From: Eubacteriales bacterium
GTDB taxonomy: Bacteria > Bacillota > Clostridia > Oscillospirales > CAG-272
DNA length: 36,804 nucleotides
Assembly: GCA_045631585.1 (NCBI GenBank)
Contig: JAZQUX010000116.1
Coordinates: 1-36,804 of the forward strand
Direction of reading: 5' to 3'
The notes beneath the pieces are model-generated. The model searched no databases. It was not told the origin of the DNA and saw only the letters and a list, made by a program, of their open reading frames with translations. Positions 26,369 through 34,909 of this stretch are shown here, piece by piece. Both the position numbers and the translations under genes were made by a program. Numbering within the stretch: position 1 is the stretch's first letter; every line of letters starts with the position of its first letter.

Positions 26369-26753
26369 TACATTCTCCTTTCAATGCCTGTTCGGCTTCT
26401 TCGCGGGTGAGGAAGACGGTTTTCCCAAATTCTACGTTGGGAATTTCATTGACTGCGTGTCCTCCGTGAATCCTTATTACATGCGAAACACCGTACTTTG
26501 TTACAACAATCCGAGAAACAACCGCCTCATAAACCCTGTCTCTATATAGCATTATGTGGAAGTAGATGTTGATGTAATACACCGTATCCCCCACCTTGTA
26601 CGGCGGCGCGATAACGCCGTTTGCGAGAATGCGGTCAGCGACAAATTCTTCGTACTGCGGATAGCTTTTATACCCATCTTTGTCGCACCTGTCGCAAATA
26701 TCCCTGTATTCGTCGTCTGCTTTTTTAATCAGTTCTATCAATCTATCACGCAT
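26352..26753 (-). CDS. Hypothetical early protein
   Basis: KVGDTVY...FGKTVFLTREEAE, a common phage motif. Confidence 0.8.
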   Translation of the reverse strand: MRDRLIELIKKADDEYRDICDRCDKDGYKSYPQYEEFVADRILANGVIAPPYKVGDTVYYINIYFHIMLYRDRVYEAVVSRIVVTKYGVSHVIRIHGGHAVNEIPNVEFGKTVFLTREEAEQALKGECNAEVH

Positions 26754-27084
26754 CAGGTATCACTTCCCGTATCGTGTATATCTCGCCCTCTGTGTCGAGG
26801 ATTTCGTACCGTTCCAAAAATTCGACGAGCTTAACATCCTCGGATATCGTGACCTTGTAGCGGGTGTGATCTGGTTCGGCATTGATGCTCATATTGATAA
26901 TAATAACAAATAATCCGGTCGCTAAAACATATGCAACGATACCTCCAGGAAGGTTTTCAGCCGTAAGATATAAGGCTACAATTAAACACCATATCATCAT
27001 CAAGGAAAGTACAGCAATAGCTACATCCGGCAGTCCGCCTGCCGTGTACTCGGCGAGTATGTTAATTCCTGGCATCAGATTCAT
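26746..27084 (-). CDS. Hypothetical membrane protein with two TM segments
   Basis: Two hydrophobic stretches; locally AT-rich. Confidence 0.65.
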   Translation of the reverse strand: MNLMPGINILAEYTAGGLPDVAIAVLSLMMIWCLIVALYLTAENLPGGIVAYVLATGLFVIIINMSINAEPDHTRYKVTISEDVKLVEFLERYEILDTEGEIYTIREVIPDA

Positions 27085-27379
27085 CGCCTTTCTTCTCCCC
27101 TCGGCTGCAAAATTCGTTTGCCATTCGTGTTGCAAGTCCGTTTTTGATACAGACGCCATCGTGATCTTTACCTCTCCAAAACATGCAACCTTTACAGCGT
27201 ACTACTTCCACCCACTCACCTTCAGCGTGCACACGGCATCCTCTGTGGTATAAGTCCATCGCGTGCAAGCGTGCCTTGATCATAGATATCTTAATGCCGT
27301 TTATATCAAAGGCATCTCTGATCAGATCCGTCAGAGTATCGATCTGTCCCTTTTTACCTCTCACTTCCGTCTCCTCCAC
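27062..27379 (-). CDS. Hypothetical early protein with a VEVVRCKGC motif
   Basis: 105 aa ORF; start uncertain. Confidence 0.65.
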   Translation of the reverse strand: MEETEVRGKKGQIDTLTDLIRDAFDINGIKISMIKARLHAMDLYHRGCRVHAEGEWVEVVRCKGCMFWRGKDHDGVCIKNGLATRMANEFCSRGEKKGDESDARN

Positions 27380-27489
27380 TCAATAATCAACCCGACCGCA
27401 TACACCGCACCGAATATCAGCATCAAAAGCACAAAGTACAGCACCGATGCGCTCGCAACGGATAGTGTCGCATGATCAAGATGCATCAT
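27361..27489 (-). CDS. Small membrane peptide, 42 aa (not in the ORF track)
   Basis: MMHLDHATLSVASASVLYFVLLMLIFGAVYAVGLIIEWRRRK; fills the gap and follows a GGAGGAG. Confidence 0.55.
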   Translation of the reverse strand: MMHLDHATLSVASASVLYFVLLMLIFGAVYAVGLIIEWRRRK

Positions 27490-28510
27490 CACTCATCTCC
27501 TCCACCATTCCGGCCACGGCCTGTGAAACCTTCGCGCGGATCTTCGCGGCCATGTCTTCCGGTAGCCGCTCAAGCGCCTTTTTTAACTGCCCGTAGCTGT
27601 TGACCATGGATTCAAAGTGCATCGCCGCGCGCTGTGCATCCGGATTCGCCGCCGCAGATAACTTTTTCTCATATTCTGCCCGCAGCTCCTCCTGCAATTT
27701 CTCCCGTTCCTCTTCCGCGATCTTCTCGCGCTGGGCTTCAAGAGCCTCCTCCGATACCGCCGCTTCCATCGTGATCTGCTCCGGCTCCGGCTTTTCCTGC
27801 GCCTCTGCTTCCAGACGGCGGATCTCCTCCGTCGCATCGTTCAGCTGCTTCAAAAGATCGGCTTCCTTCTTTTCAGCCGCCGCCTTTGCCCTGACTGCTT
27901 TGTCCTTTTCCTTTGCATTCGCATCGGCAAGCTTCTTGGCCGCATCAAGCATGGTCTCTGCATTCCTCTTTGCCGATTCCGCTTCTCGCAGTGCCTTCTG
28001 CGCTACCTCAAGATCATCCGCCGCCGCAGTGCAGTCTCGCTCCGCTTCCGCGTTTTCCTCTTCCAGCTTTTCGATCTCGCCGAGCAGTTTTTCTTCCTTT
28101 GCCTTCAAAGCCGCGATTTCCTCTTTGAGTTCCCGCGTCGACAGATCCTCCATGTCATGCTCCTCGACAAACTCCTGTCTCTGATCCATCGGCAGCGCAA
28201 ACAGCGCGACCGCCTGCGAGTAGGTCAGAGCCGCAAACGTCTCCGAATTTGACTTGCCGGAAAACAGAGACACCTGCTCATCCCCGTACTCCGTCGCAAT
28301 GCGCATCAGATTGTTTGCCGTGGATTGCGAATAGTCCACGTTTTCCGTCAGCCACTCCTCCCACATACCGTGCGGAACAAGCGCCTTTGCCTCGTTGAGC
28401 TTCCGCCCGATCTCCACGGATGCGGCAAGCAAGGTCTGCTGTGCCTGCCGCTTGATATAGTTGATCTCCCCGGCAATGACAGCCGGTGTTCGCTCCATAA
28501 CCTGATTCAT
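27476..28510 (-). CDS. DUF3102-like domain protein with a long coiled coil
   Basis: EIGRKLNEAKALVPHGMWEEWL...YSQSTANNLMRIA. Confidence 0.85.
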   Translation of the reverse strand: MNQVMERTPAVIAGEINYIKRQAQQTLLAASVEIGRKLNEAKALVPHGMWEEWLTENVDYSQSTANNLMRIATEYGDEQVSLFSGKSNSETFAALTYSQAVALFALPMDQRQEFVEEHDMEDLSTRELKEEIAALKAKEEKLLGEIEKLEEENAEAERDCTAAADDLEVAQKALREAESAKRNAETMLDAAKKLADANAKEKDKAVRAKAAAEKKEADLLKQLNDATEEIRRLEAEAQEKPEPEQITMEAAVSEEALEAQREKIAEEEREKLQEELRAEYEKKLSAAANPDAQRAAMHFESMVNSYGQLKKALERLPEDMAAKIRAKVSQAVAGMVEEMSDDAS

Positions 28511-30357
28511 GATGTTTTCTCCTCTCGTTCATTGACTTCCATCGTAATTTCGCCGCCCGTTTTTGCGGCATAAACCTGCTCCATCAGATCCGCAGATAGC
28601 ACATCGTACAGCTTCTTTCCGCGCAGGGAGCCAAACTTGACCGTCGTACCCGTCCGCGCCAGCTCTTCCATTTCCGTGATGCGCATACGCCGCGCTTCCA
28701 TCGCCGCCGCGAGATCCTCTCCCGTCATGCGCTTTGCAATGACCTCCTGCCATTCGCGCAGGAACGGTTCTGCCGCCTTGAGGTCTTCGTTTTGCTCATC
28801 GTGCATCGTCCGCTTCTGTCGGATCGTTCCGCCCGGCTCAACCTCCAGTGTATACCACGATTTGCTGATGTCAGCAACTCGTCGCAGGAACAGCACAAAC
28901 GTCTCCCGCCGCCGTGTGCGCTCAAAGTATCGATCCGATGTACCCGCGCAATGATGCAGTCGGATGCCTTCCTCGATGACCGCCGATGCATTCTCCGGCA
29001 CAACGATGGCAAAGGTGCCGTTGCTGTAAGCGTACTTGTCCGCGATCTTGTGATAGATCTCCGTGACATCCCGGTATTTCGCCTCCTGTGCCGCGATCAT
29101 CCTGCGCTTGGTCTCAAGGTCACGCTTCGCCCGTGCTTCCTCGATGCGCTTCAGCACCGCGTCATGCTCGGCCTTGAGATCACGCGGGAATGGATTGGTG
29201 TTTTTTCCGAGCGACCCTTCCTGCTTCAGCATGGCGCGCCAGTCCCGCCATTGATTGTATACCACATGCTCTGTGACATACCCCCAATGGCACGCCCTCT
29301 CGTTGTTGTCCTCTTTGATGCGCTCAAAATACCGCACAACCTCGCGCGGTGTCCTTGATGCAGATGCTCCGAGCCTGATCAGCTCCACAGCATCCGTCCA
29401 GTTGTGCGTCAGCCCAAGCAGATCCTTCGCGGTTTCAAAATCCCGTGCGCACTTGCCCTTGATACGCTTGTACATTTTTAACGTCCCGAGATCCGCGTGA
29501 TATCTGCCCGATGTCCATGTCTTGTATTCCGGCTTTGTCAGACGGTGCATTGCCCACGGCGTTTTGGCATTCCAGTCCATCGTGCGCTTGTTCTCCGCGC
29601 CAGCCTCGACCAGCAACCGTACCGCATCGAACACACCGACCTTGCACAGCACCTCGATCTGCGGATGCCGTGCATATGCACACAGATATTTTAACAGCGG
29701 CATCGAGCACGGGAACCGCGCCGCGTATTTGTCCCACGCGCAGTACCGCAGGAATGTGTCCTTGATGTCAGAGATGCCGCCTTGCTCGACCCACTCTGCG
29801 GTGTAGGTATATTTTTCGTTCCACGCGCCGTGATGATACGAAAACGGCTCGCAGATCCTCTGTGACCGCGCGAAATAATCGCCCATGCCGTACCCGTTGT
29901 ACCGCCGCCACATCTCCGCTACACCCGGCCGCAGTCGGTAGATCTCCGTCTCGGTCGTGTATATCTCAGTGTCCGACCGTTTGTAATCCTTGTACAGGAA
30001 AAAGCACCGTACCCATACATCATCCTTTTCCACCGGAACAAAAATCGCAACCGCACGGCTTGCATACGGCGGTGTAAAGGTCTTGCGGTTTTTGACGTAA
30101 GCCACACGGTTGCACTTGGGACAGCATACGCGGTCATTTACCCCGACTCGATCCCAGTACAGATCATATGGCGTTTCGATGTCCCGCATGGCTTTTGCAT
30201 CATGCACAAAGGTGTTCCCGCAGTGCGTGCATGTATATCTGCGGCACCGCGGCTTCACCGTTTCAAACAGCATCCATTTCTCAAAAAAGTCACGTTTTTC
30301 CTCGACAAACGCGCCGAGGTCAAACGCCGGAACCCCATCCGGATATCCCTGTGTCAC
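28507..30357 (-). CDS. PcfJ-like protein
   Basis: FPRDLKAEHD...EEGIRLHHCAG...FLRR...WYTLEV; N-terminal CxxC pairs. Confidence 0.88.
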   Translation of the reverse strand: MTQGYPDGVPAFDLGAFVEEKRDFFEKWMLFETVKPRCRRYTCTHCGNTFVHDAKAMRDIETPYDLYWDRVGVNDRVCCPKCNRVAYVKNRKTFTPPYASRAVAIFVPVEKDDVWVRCFFLYKDYKRSDTEIYTTETEIYRLRPGVAEMWRRYNGYGMGDYFARSQRICEPFSYHHGAWNEKYTYTAEWVEQGGISDIKDTFLRYCAWDKYAARFPCSMPLLKYLCAYARHPQIEVLCKVGVFDAVRLLVEAGAENKRTMDWNAKTPWAMHRLTKPEYKTWTSGRYHADLGTLKMYKRIKGKCARDFETAKDLLGLTHNWTDAVELIRLGASASRTPREVVRYFERIKEDNNERACHWGYVTEHVVYNQWRDWRAMLKQEGSLGKNTNPFPRDLKAEHDAVLKRIEEARAKRDLETKRRMIAAQEAKYRDVTEIYHKIADKYAYSNGTFAIVVPENASAVIEEGIRLHHCAGTSDRYFERTRRRETFVLFLRRVADISKSWYTLEVEPGGTIRQKRTMHDEQNEDLKAAEPFLREWQEVIAKRMTGEDLAAAMEARRMRITEMEELARTGTTVKFGSLRGKKLYDVLSADLMEQVYAAKTGGEITMEVNEREEKTS

Positions 30358-30878
30358 ATCTCCACCTCCTCGCCATGCGCATTGTACCATACGTTTGGTT
30401 TTATTCCGTCCTCGCCGACCGTCAGCAGAACCTGATCGTTGTCTCCGATGATCAGCAGATGATCACCGTCCCGTCCCATCGCTCTCGCATCCGCACAGAT
30501 GGAAATTGCGTATCCAAACCGCGCCTCGCAAGGTCTGCCGAACCGCGCTTTGTTTGCGGCCGCGAACTCATCGCAGTTGCAGTGCGTGATCGCGCCCCAC
30601 ATCAGGATCCCGCGCAGACCCGTCTCATGCAATGGCGTGATCTCCGTCGACGATACCTTGCTGTCGGCTCCGTCCTCATCGACATCCCCGCTGACCTCGC
30701 ACATCCAGTATTCCGATACAGACGGATCCGGATAGTACGTCAGTACGTCCAGCGGATTTTCGGCCGAATGAAATCCCTCTCTTGCCGTTTTTGCTTTGTC
30801 GCATCGGTTGATCTCCCACGCCTTGAACTGATATCCGCGGCAGATCAATCCTTTGTGAAACCCTTTATATGTGATCAT
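30354..30878 (-). CDS. Conserved phage protein (YKGF...CRGYQF...GFH family)
   Basis: MITYKGFHKGLICRGYQF...GFHSAENPLDVLTYY. Confidence 0.8.
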   Translation of the reverse strand: MITYKGFHKGLICRGYQFKAWEINRCDKAKTAREGFHSAENPLDVLTYYPDPSVSEYWMCEVSGDVDEDGADSKVSSTEITPLHETGLRGILMWGAITHCNCDEFAAANKARFGRPCEARFGYAISICADARAMGRDGDHLLIIGDNDQVLLTVGEDGIKPNVWYNAHGEEVEM

Positions 30879-30896
30879 TGCCCATCCTCCGAAAAA

Positions 30897-31277
30897 TCAA
30901 AAAATATCAAACAGAGATACCGTGATCTCCTCGCCGTCTGCATCCGCGGCACGTCCGATCCCGCGTGTCACAACACCCGACTTTTCTGCCGGCAGAACAA
31001 CAACGCACTTGAAATCAACGTCTGCGGCAGGGAAGTAGAACTGCACTGCGCGCTTATATGCCTCAACATCTGACAGCGCATATGTAACGCCCTTGGACAC
31101 CGCATGCATGCAGTCGGTCAAGGTCTCCTTTTTCTCAAAGACTGCATCCGCAAACCGTGCATCCTGTTGGCAGAAGGACGTCAGCATCCTCCCGACCGGC
31201 TCCAGCATTGCCGCCTCGATCCGCGACAGCTTCCCCGGATTTTTGATCTCTTGCTCAAGCTTCGTTTCCGCATTCAT
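30897..31277 (-). CDS. PcfK-like protein
   Basis: TLTDCM...LSDVEAYKRAVQFYF...SLFDIF; near PcfJ; TGATG coupling. Confidence 0.7.
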   Translation of the reverse strand: MNAETKLEQEIKNPGKLSRIEAAMLEPVGRMLTSFCQQDARFADAVFEKKETLTDCMHAVSKGVTYALSDVEAYKRAVQFYFPAADVDFKCVVVLPAEKSGVVTRGIGRAADADGEEITVSLFDIF

Positions 31278-31666
31278 CACGCGTCCCTCCTCTTTTTTCT
31301 CACAACCCGATATCTCACGCCGCCGATCTCGATCCACTCCGATTTGAGTGCGCGCCGCTGCACATAGGAGTAGGAGTAGCTTGTCCTGTCGACGATGTCG
31401 CGGATCTTGTACATCTTCCCGCCGTTCTCGAGTAAATAAAGCCATGCGCGTTTCCTTTCCGGCTTTGCCACAGGCTTCGTCGGTGCATCGATCCCCGCCT
31501 TCTTGAGTACCGCGCGGATCTGCTCCTTTCCGCATGCATTCAGATCGGCAAGGATCTCAATGATCCCGTACTTGTCCGCCGCGCGGTTGTAGTGTTCAAC
31601 GATCTCCTCCGATGACCAGCACGTCACGGCCGCATCATACCTCTCCCTCTTTGTCGGTCTTCCCAT
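31277..31666 (-). CDS. Hypothetical DNA-binding protein
   Basis: IEILADLNACGKEQIRAVL motif; GGGAGAG before ATG 31666. Confidence 0.65.
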   Translation of the reverse strand: MGRPTKRERYDAAVTCWSSEEIVEHYNRAADKYGIIEILADLNACGKEQIRAVLKKAGIDAPTKPVAKPERKRAWLYLLENGGKMYKIRDIVDRTSYSYSYVQRRALKSEWIEIGGVRYRVVRKKRRDA

Positions 31667-31859
31667 GTTCCAATATCTCTCCCTTCTCAAAGCATCGCTT
31701 CGATCCGACACACTCCCTGCGTTTGCAGTTGAGACAGACCGCCGCCTGCCGCAGAGACTTGTCCTTGATCAGACACCGCTCCGGCTTGCCCCTGTCCTCG
31801 TTGTGCCGCGTGGTAAGCTTGCCCTCTTTTGCCAATTGATTCACATATTTCATGATCAC
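31635..31859 (-). CDS. Small Cys-containing hypothetical protein
   Basis: 74 aa; CLNCKRRECVGSKRC. Confidence 0.6.
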   Translation of the reverse strand: MIMKYVNQLAKEGKLTTRHNEDRGKPERCLIKDKSLRQAAVCLNCKRRECVGSKRCFEKGEILEHGKTDKEGEV

Positions 31860-31866
31860 AAACCTC

Positions 31867-31962
31867 TTGGCTTGTTCTCAATAATCTGTTATAATAGTAA
31901 TGTCGATCAACGCCCATCTGATTGACATTCGAGGCTCCCGGTGCTGTACCGAGAGCCTTTTT
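31867..31962 (+). ncRNA. Antisense small RNA with its own promoter and terminator in the early operon
   Basis: TTGGCT(31867)-17bp-TATAAT(31890) with TG extension; hairpin TGTCGATCA...TGATTGACA; terminator AGGCTC...GAGCCTTTTT. Confidence 0.55.
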
Positions 31963-31965
31963 CCT

Positions 31966-32133
31966 TTATTCGCCGAGCTGACGCATGATCGAGTCGCGCT
32001 CATGATCCATCTGATCAAAGATCGTGTCATCGATCTGCGCGCGGTCTACAAAGACCTGCGGAAAATCGGTTTTTGCGCTAAGTCCCCGCGCGACGGGATC
32101 GTGGATCTCATAGTTGATAACACCAGTAAACAT
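31966..32133 (-). CDS. Small acidic protein, 55 aa (not in the ORF track)
   Basis: GAAAGGA RBS; MFTGVINYEIHDPVARGLSAKTDFPQVFVDRAQIDDTIFDQMDHERDSIMRQLGE. Confidence 0.55.
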   Translation of the reverse strand: MFTGVINYEIHDPVARGLSAKTDFPQVFVDRAQIDDTIFDQMDHERDSIMRQLGE

Positions 32134-32181
32134 GATAATATTCCTTTCATACTTTGAATTTTTGATAGCAAAGATTGATTT

Positions 32182-32601
32182 TTAGGCCTGCGCGGCCTTT
32201 TTCTTTTTGAAATTGTACTTGTCGGGATTGGCCGAGTAGTCGCAGTACCATGCCCAATCATTGCGCATGCACACCTTGCGTCGGTATGCATCCGGCATCG
32301 TCCAGTAACCGACACGGCACCGCCCCTGCGTGTCCTTTGGCAGTACGACCACGTCGCCGAACAGGGAAGTGCCGGCAAAATAGGATGCCGCCTCGTTTTT
32401 GGTGCGGCCGTCAGTAAACGCACCCTCTCTCGTGATGTATGCATAGCCGTCGGACGTGCGCGCCCAGTCGATCGCACCCTCGAAATACGTTTCCAGTGCG
32501 TCGAGGATCGTCTGACCGTTCCCATCAAACCCGATCTGCACCTCCTCAAACCGACCCGTCGGACGGATCAGGATCCCAAACCGTTCCTTGACCTCGTTCA
32601 T
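32182..32601 (-). CDS. Hypothetical early protein (DUF3846-like)
   Basis: LETYFEGAID...REG...NEAAS...LFGDVVV. Confidence 0.7.
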   Translation of the reverse strand: MNEVKERFGILIRPTGRFEEVQIGFDGNGQTILDALETYFEGAIDWARTSDGYAYITREGAFTDGRTKNEAASYFAGTSLFGDVVVLPKDTQGRCRVGYWTMPDAYRRKVCMRNDWAWYCDYSANPDKYNFKKKKAAQA

Positions 32602-32840
32602 GATGTTTCTCCTCTCGTTTCTTCCGCCGTGAGATCGTCGGCGCGTACCTGTGATATGTGTCCCGTCGCATCAATGATGTCCGCGCCGTAGTACCACTCA
32701 CCAACGCACCGCCACTCACCGCTTGTAAGATCTCGTTTCGTTTTCCTGCGGATCGCGACACCGACGATCACGCATTTTCTGCCTTGATATAGCACCCTTT
32801 GCCCGGTGTCAAGCGCCGCTCTCGCATCTGCCCACGTCAC
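32598..32840 (-). CDS. Hypothetical early protein
   Basis: 80 aa, translationally coupled on both sides. Confidence 0.7.
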   Translation of the reverse strand: MTWADARAALDTGQRVLYQGRKCVIVGVAIRRKTKRDLTSGEWRCVGEWYYGADIIDATGHISQVRADDLTAEETRGETS

Positions 32841-33055
32841 CGAAAATCCGTCTCCTCGAAAACGTGCAGAGCCGCGTAAGCCTGATTCTTTGCTTTTCTC
32901 GCATCGTCAAGCCGCTTGTGCATTTCCGATGTCGCTGGTATGTTCACTTCCTCCGCATTTTCGACCGCTCTGATCGCCGCCGTGAATTCTTCTTTTGCCG
33001 CGCGGTCGGCCTCGACCAGCAGCTTGTGGATAAACTCCAACGTTTTGATATCCAT
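32837..33055 (-). CDS. Hypothetical helical early protein
   Basis: 72 aa; GAAAGGA RBS. Confidence 0.72.
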   Translation of the reverse strand: MDIKTLEFIHKLLVEADRAAKEEFTAAIRAVENAEEVNIPATSEMHKRLDDARKAKNQAYAALHVFEETDFR

Positions 33056-33077
33056 GATTTGCCCATCCTTTCAATTT

Positions 33078-33317
33078 TCAAATAATAACATCTCTCGGAT
33101 TATCGATCCCGAGATAATCACACAGTGTTTTGACCAGCGACCATTTAAGATCATACCGCCCGTCAAGCACTTGCGACAGCCACTCCGCGTTTTTTCCGAT
33201 CGCGTTTGCCGCCTCGTTGAGATCGCCCCGCTCATAGATCCGGTTCCAAAGCTCAACCTGTACTGGGAAGCGATTTTTCTTTTTCATCGCCCGGTCAAGA
33301 TTTTTCTGATATGCCAC
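33078..33317 (-). CDS. XRE HTH protein (Cro-like candidate)
   Basis: LNEAANAIGKNAEWLSQVLDGRYDLKWSLVKTLCDYLGI. Confidence 0.8.
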   Translation of the reverse strand: MAYQKNLDRAMKKKNRFPVQVELWNRIYERGDLNEAANAIGKNAEWLSQVLDGRYDLKWSLVKTLCDYLGIDNPRDVII

Positions 33318-33588
33318 CTCCGCGCCTCCTCTCGTTTATGATTTTGGAGATCGCACGCTTCCGAAGCACCGTGCGCAGATATTCCTGCGCTGTGCCCTCC
33401 TCTGATCCGTGTTCATGCAGCTCCATCTGCCGTGCATCCTCCTCAGCGTACATCGCGATCAGCTGCTCGGTCGACAGATCCCGCATGATCAGCTCGTCTG
33501 CCGTGGCACCGATCACATTGTCGATCGCGCGCCGCGCCGCACCGATCATATTGTCGATCGCGCGCCGTGTTGCATCGTCCCCTCTCAT
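33295..33588 (-). CDS. Hypothetical protein with an 11-aa internal duplication
   Basis: RRAIDNMIGA-A-RRAIDNVIGA. Confidence 0.65.
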   Translation of the reverse strand: MRGDDATRRAIDNMIGAARRAIDNVIGATADELIMRDLSTEQLIAMYAEEDARQMELHEHGSEEGTAQEYLRTVLRKRAISKIINERRRGGGISEKS

Positions 33589-33812
33589 TTCGGAGACCTC
33601 CCGTTCCAAAGGAAATTGCAGTTGTCTTTACAGGAACAGCATGCATACGTTTTCGCCGCCTCGCTGTCGCAGTCCCAGCATTCCAGCGTACAGTCCCGCG
33701 GCTCTGATCCCCGGAAGACGCAGATGTCGCACACATCGGTCTGCGGCAGGATCGCCGCCACCAAGCGTTTGAGAAATTCGTTTTCTTTTTTGAGATTGTT
33801 TTTCCAAAACAT
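33585..33812 (-). CDS. Small Cys-rich hypothetical protein
   Basis: 75 aa with multiple CxxC motifs. Confidence 0.7.
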   Translation of the reverse strand: MFWKNNLKKENEFLKRLVAAILPQTDVCDICVFRGSEPRDCTLECWDCDSEAAKTYACCSCKDNCNFLWNGRSPK

Positions 33813-33830
33813 GATTTATTTCCTTTCCTC

Positions 33831-33993
33831 TCTGCGCACCGGGGCGCGGTGACAGTATCGGTGCTCACCCGACTGATCACTGTCGCCCCCGCAGGAACCG
33901 GCAAGAGATTCCCGCGAATCGAAAGGAGAACTCCGGGGAGGTATCAGATCCCCGGAAAGTGCGTCTTGATTTCACCGCACCCCGGCGCGCAGA
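33831..33993 (-). ncRNA. Structured intergenic RNA element (multi-branch)
   Basis: 22-bp closing stem (33831-33852 with 33972-33993) enclosing three hairpins; both mismatches are G.U pairs on the minus strand. Confidence 0.6.
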
Positions 33994-34000
33994 TATTTGA

Positions 34001-34210
34001 TTATTTGAATAATTCCGCAAAGTCAGGATTCTGCTTTGCGATCTCGAAGAATACGCTTTCCGCCGCACGGGACATACAGCGTTCCTCGCACTTGGTCAGA
34101 CCGGATGCGCCGACAGCGGATTCCGGAATGTCGCGGAAGATCGGACGATCTTCGACAAACCCTCCGTCTTCCGTTCTCTTTGCGACAAATCCGACCTGCA
34201 CACGCTTCAT
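34001..34210 (-). CDS. Hypothetical early protein
   Basis: 69 aa, ATGA-coupled. Confidence 0.7.
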   Translation of the reverse strand: MKRVQVGFVAKRTEDGGFVEDRPIFRDIPESAVGASGLTKCEERCMSRAAESVFFEIAKQNPDFAELFK

Positions 34211-34554
34211 TCTTTTTCTTCCTCCACGACTTCACCGCCGACCATTTTGGCAATTCGGCGAACTGATAAATCAGCAACTCTGTTTCCTACTTTTTCGGCA
34301 TCTCTTTCGGAAATGATTTTCATCACCGCTTCAATGTGTTTGGCGATTTCTACGGCTTCATCGACCGTGTACAGACCCATTTTGAGCATCAGAGGGATAC
34401 CCGATCTGATCGCTATCAACTGCTTTCCAATGATTTTATCGACTTGCAGTGCCTTCTCAATACTCTTCTTATCTATGCTCTCTACCATGCGGCAGTACAT
34501 ATTTCCGCGCTTTTCGTTTTTGATCGTCCTCGTGATTTTGCCAAATTCACCCAT
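34207..34554 (-). CDS. Hypothetical early protein
   Basis: AGGAGG RBS before ATG 34554. Confidence 0.72.
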   Translation of the reverse strand: MGEFGKITRTIKNEKRGNMYCRMVESIDKKSIEKALQVDKIIGKQLIAIRSGIPLMLKMGLYTVDEAVEIAKHIEAVMKIISERDAEKVGNRVADLSVRRIAKMVGGEVVEEEKE

Positions 34555-34555
34555 A

Positions 34556-34723
34556 TCACGATGCCTCCTTCTTTTCTTCATCCGGCTTTGCTTCTCTGCG
34601 CTGGCTTTCCAGCACAAACGCCATGCCTTCAAGCTGATTGACAAACGCCTCACGCGCGGTCTTCCCGAGCTGTGCATAAATCGCACACGCCTTTTCGGCA
34701 ATTTTCTTTTCGTTATCGTGCAT
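34556..34723 (-). CDS. First gene of the lytic early operon, 55 aa
   Basis: AAGGAGG RBS before ATG 34723. Confidence 0.75.
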   Translation of the reverse strand: MHDNEKKIAEKACAIYAQLGKTAREAFVNQLEGMAFVLESQRREAKPDEEKKEAS

Positions 34724-34736
34724 ATTAACCTCCTTT

Positions 34737-34884
34737 TGAGCGAATAGCTCAATGCGAATTTCTGTATTGGGTTTACGACTCAATTATAACATACTTCTTT
34801 TGAGTTGTCAACCCTTTTTAGAAAAATAAATCACAAAATATTTTGCATAAATGAGTTGACAACTCTTTGCTGTTGTGGTATAAT
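34737..34884. promoter_or_regulatory. Lysis/lysogeny switch: divergent promoters and four operators
   Basis: Minus TTGACA(34811-34806)-17-TATAAT(34788-34783); plus TTGACA(34856-34861)-17-TATAAT(34879-34884); TGAGT-N5-ACTCA-like sites at 34737, 34768, 34801 and 34852. Confidence 0.88.
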
Positions 34885-34909
34885 TATGTTGTGAAACGGA
34901 GGTGACTTC

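Noticed and set aside
30897-31277. PcfK-like gene as an AcrIIA9-type anti-CRISPR
   Set aside because: PcfK-like proteins are related to AcrIIA9, but this one sits in the usual PcfK-PcfJ early module with no acr-locus features, so activity cannot be inferred.
33077-33087. 11-nt match (minus strand TATTATTTGAA) to the start of the pseudo-spacer, at the end of the Cro-like gene
   Set aside because: The adjacent 5' triplet is TGT, not a type I-C TTC/TTN PAM, and the match breaks down after position 14. It is plausibly chance, but worth rechecking if self-regulation is suspected.
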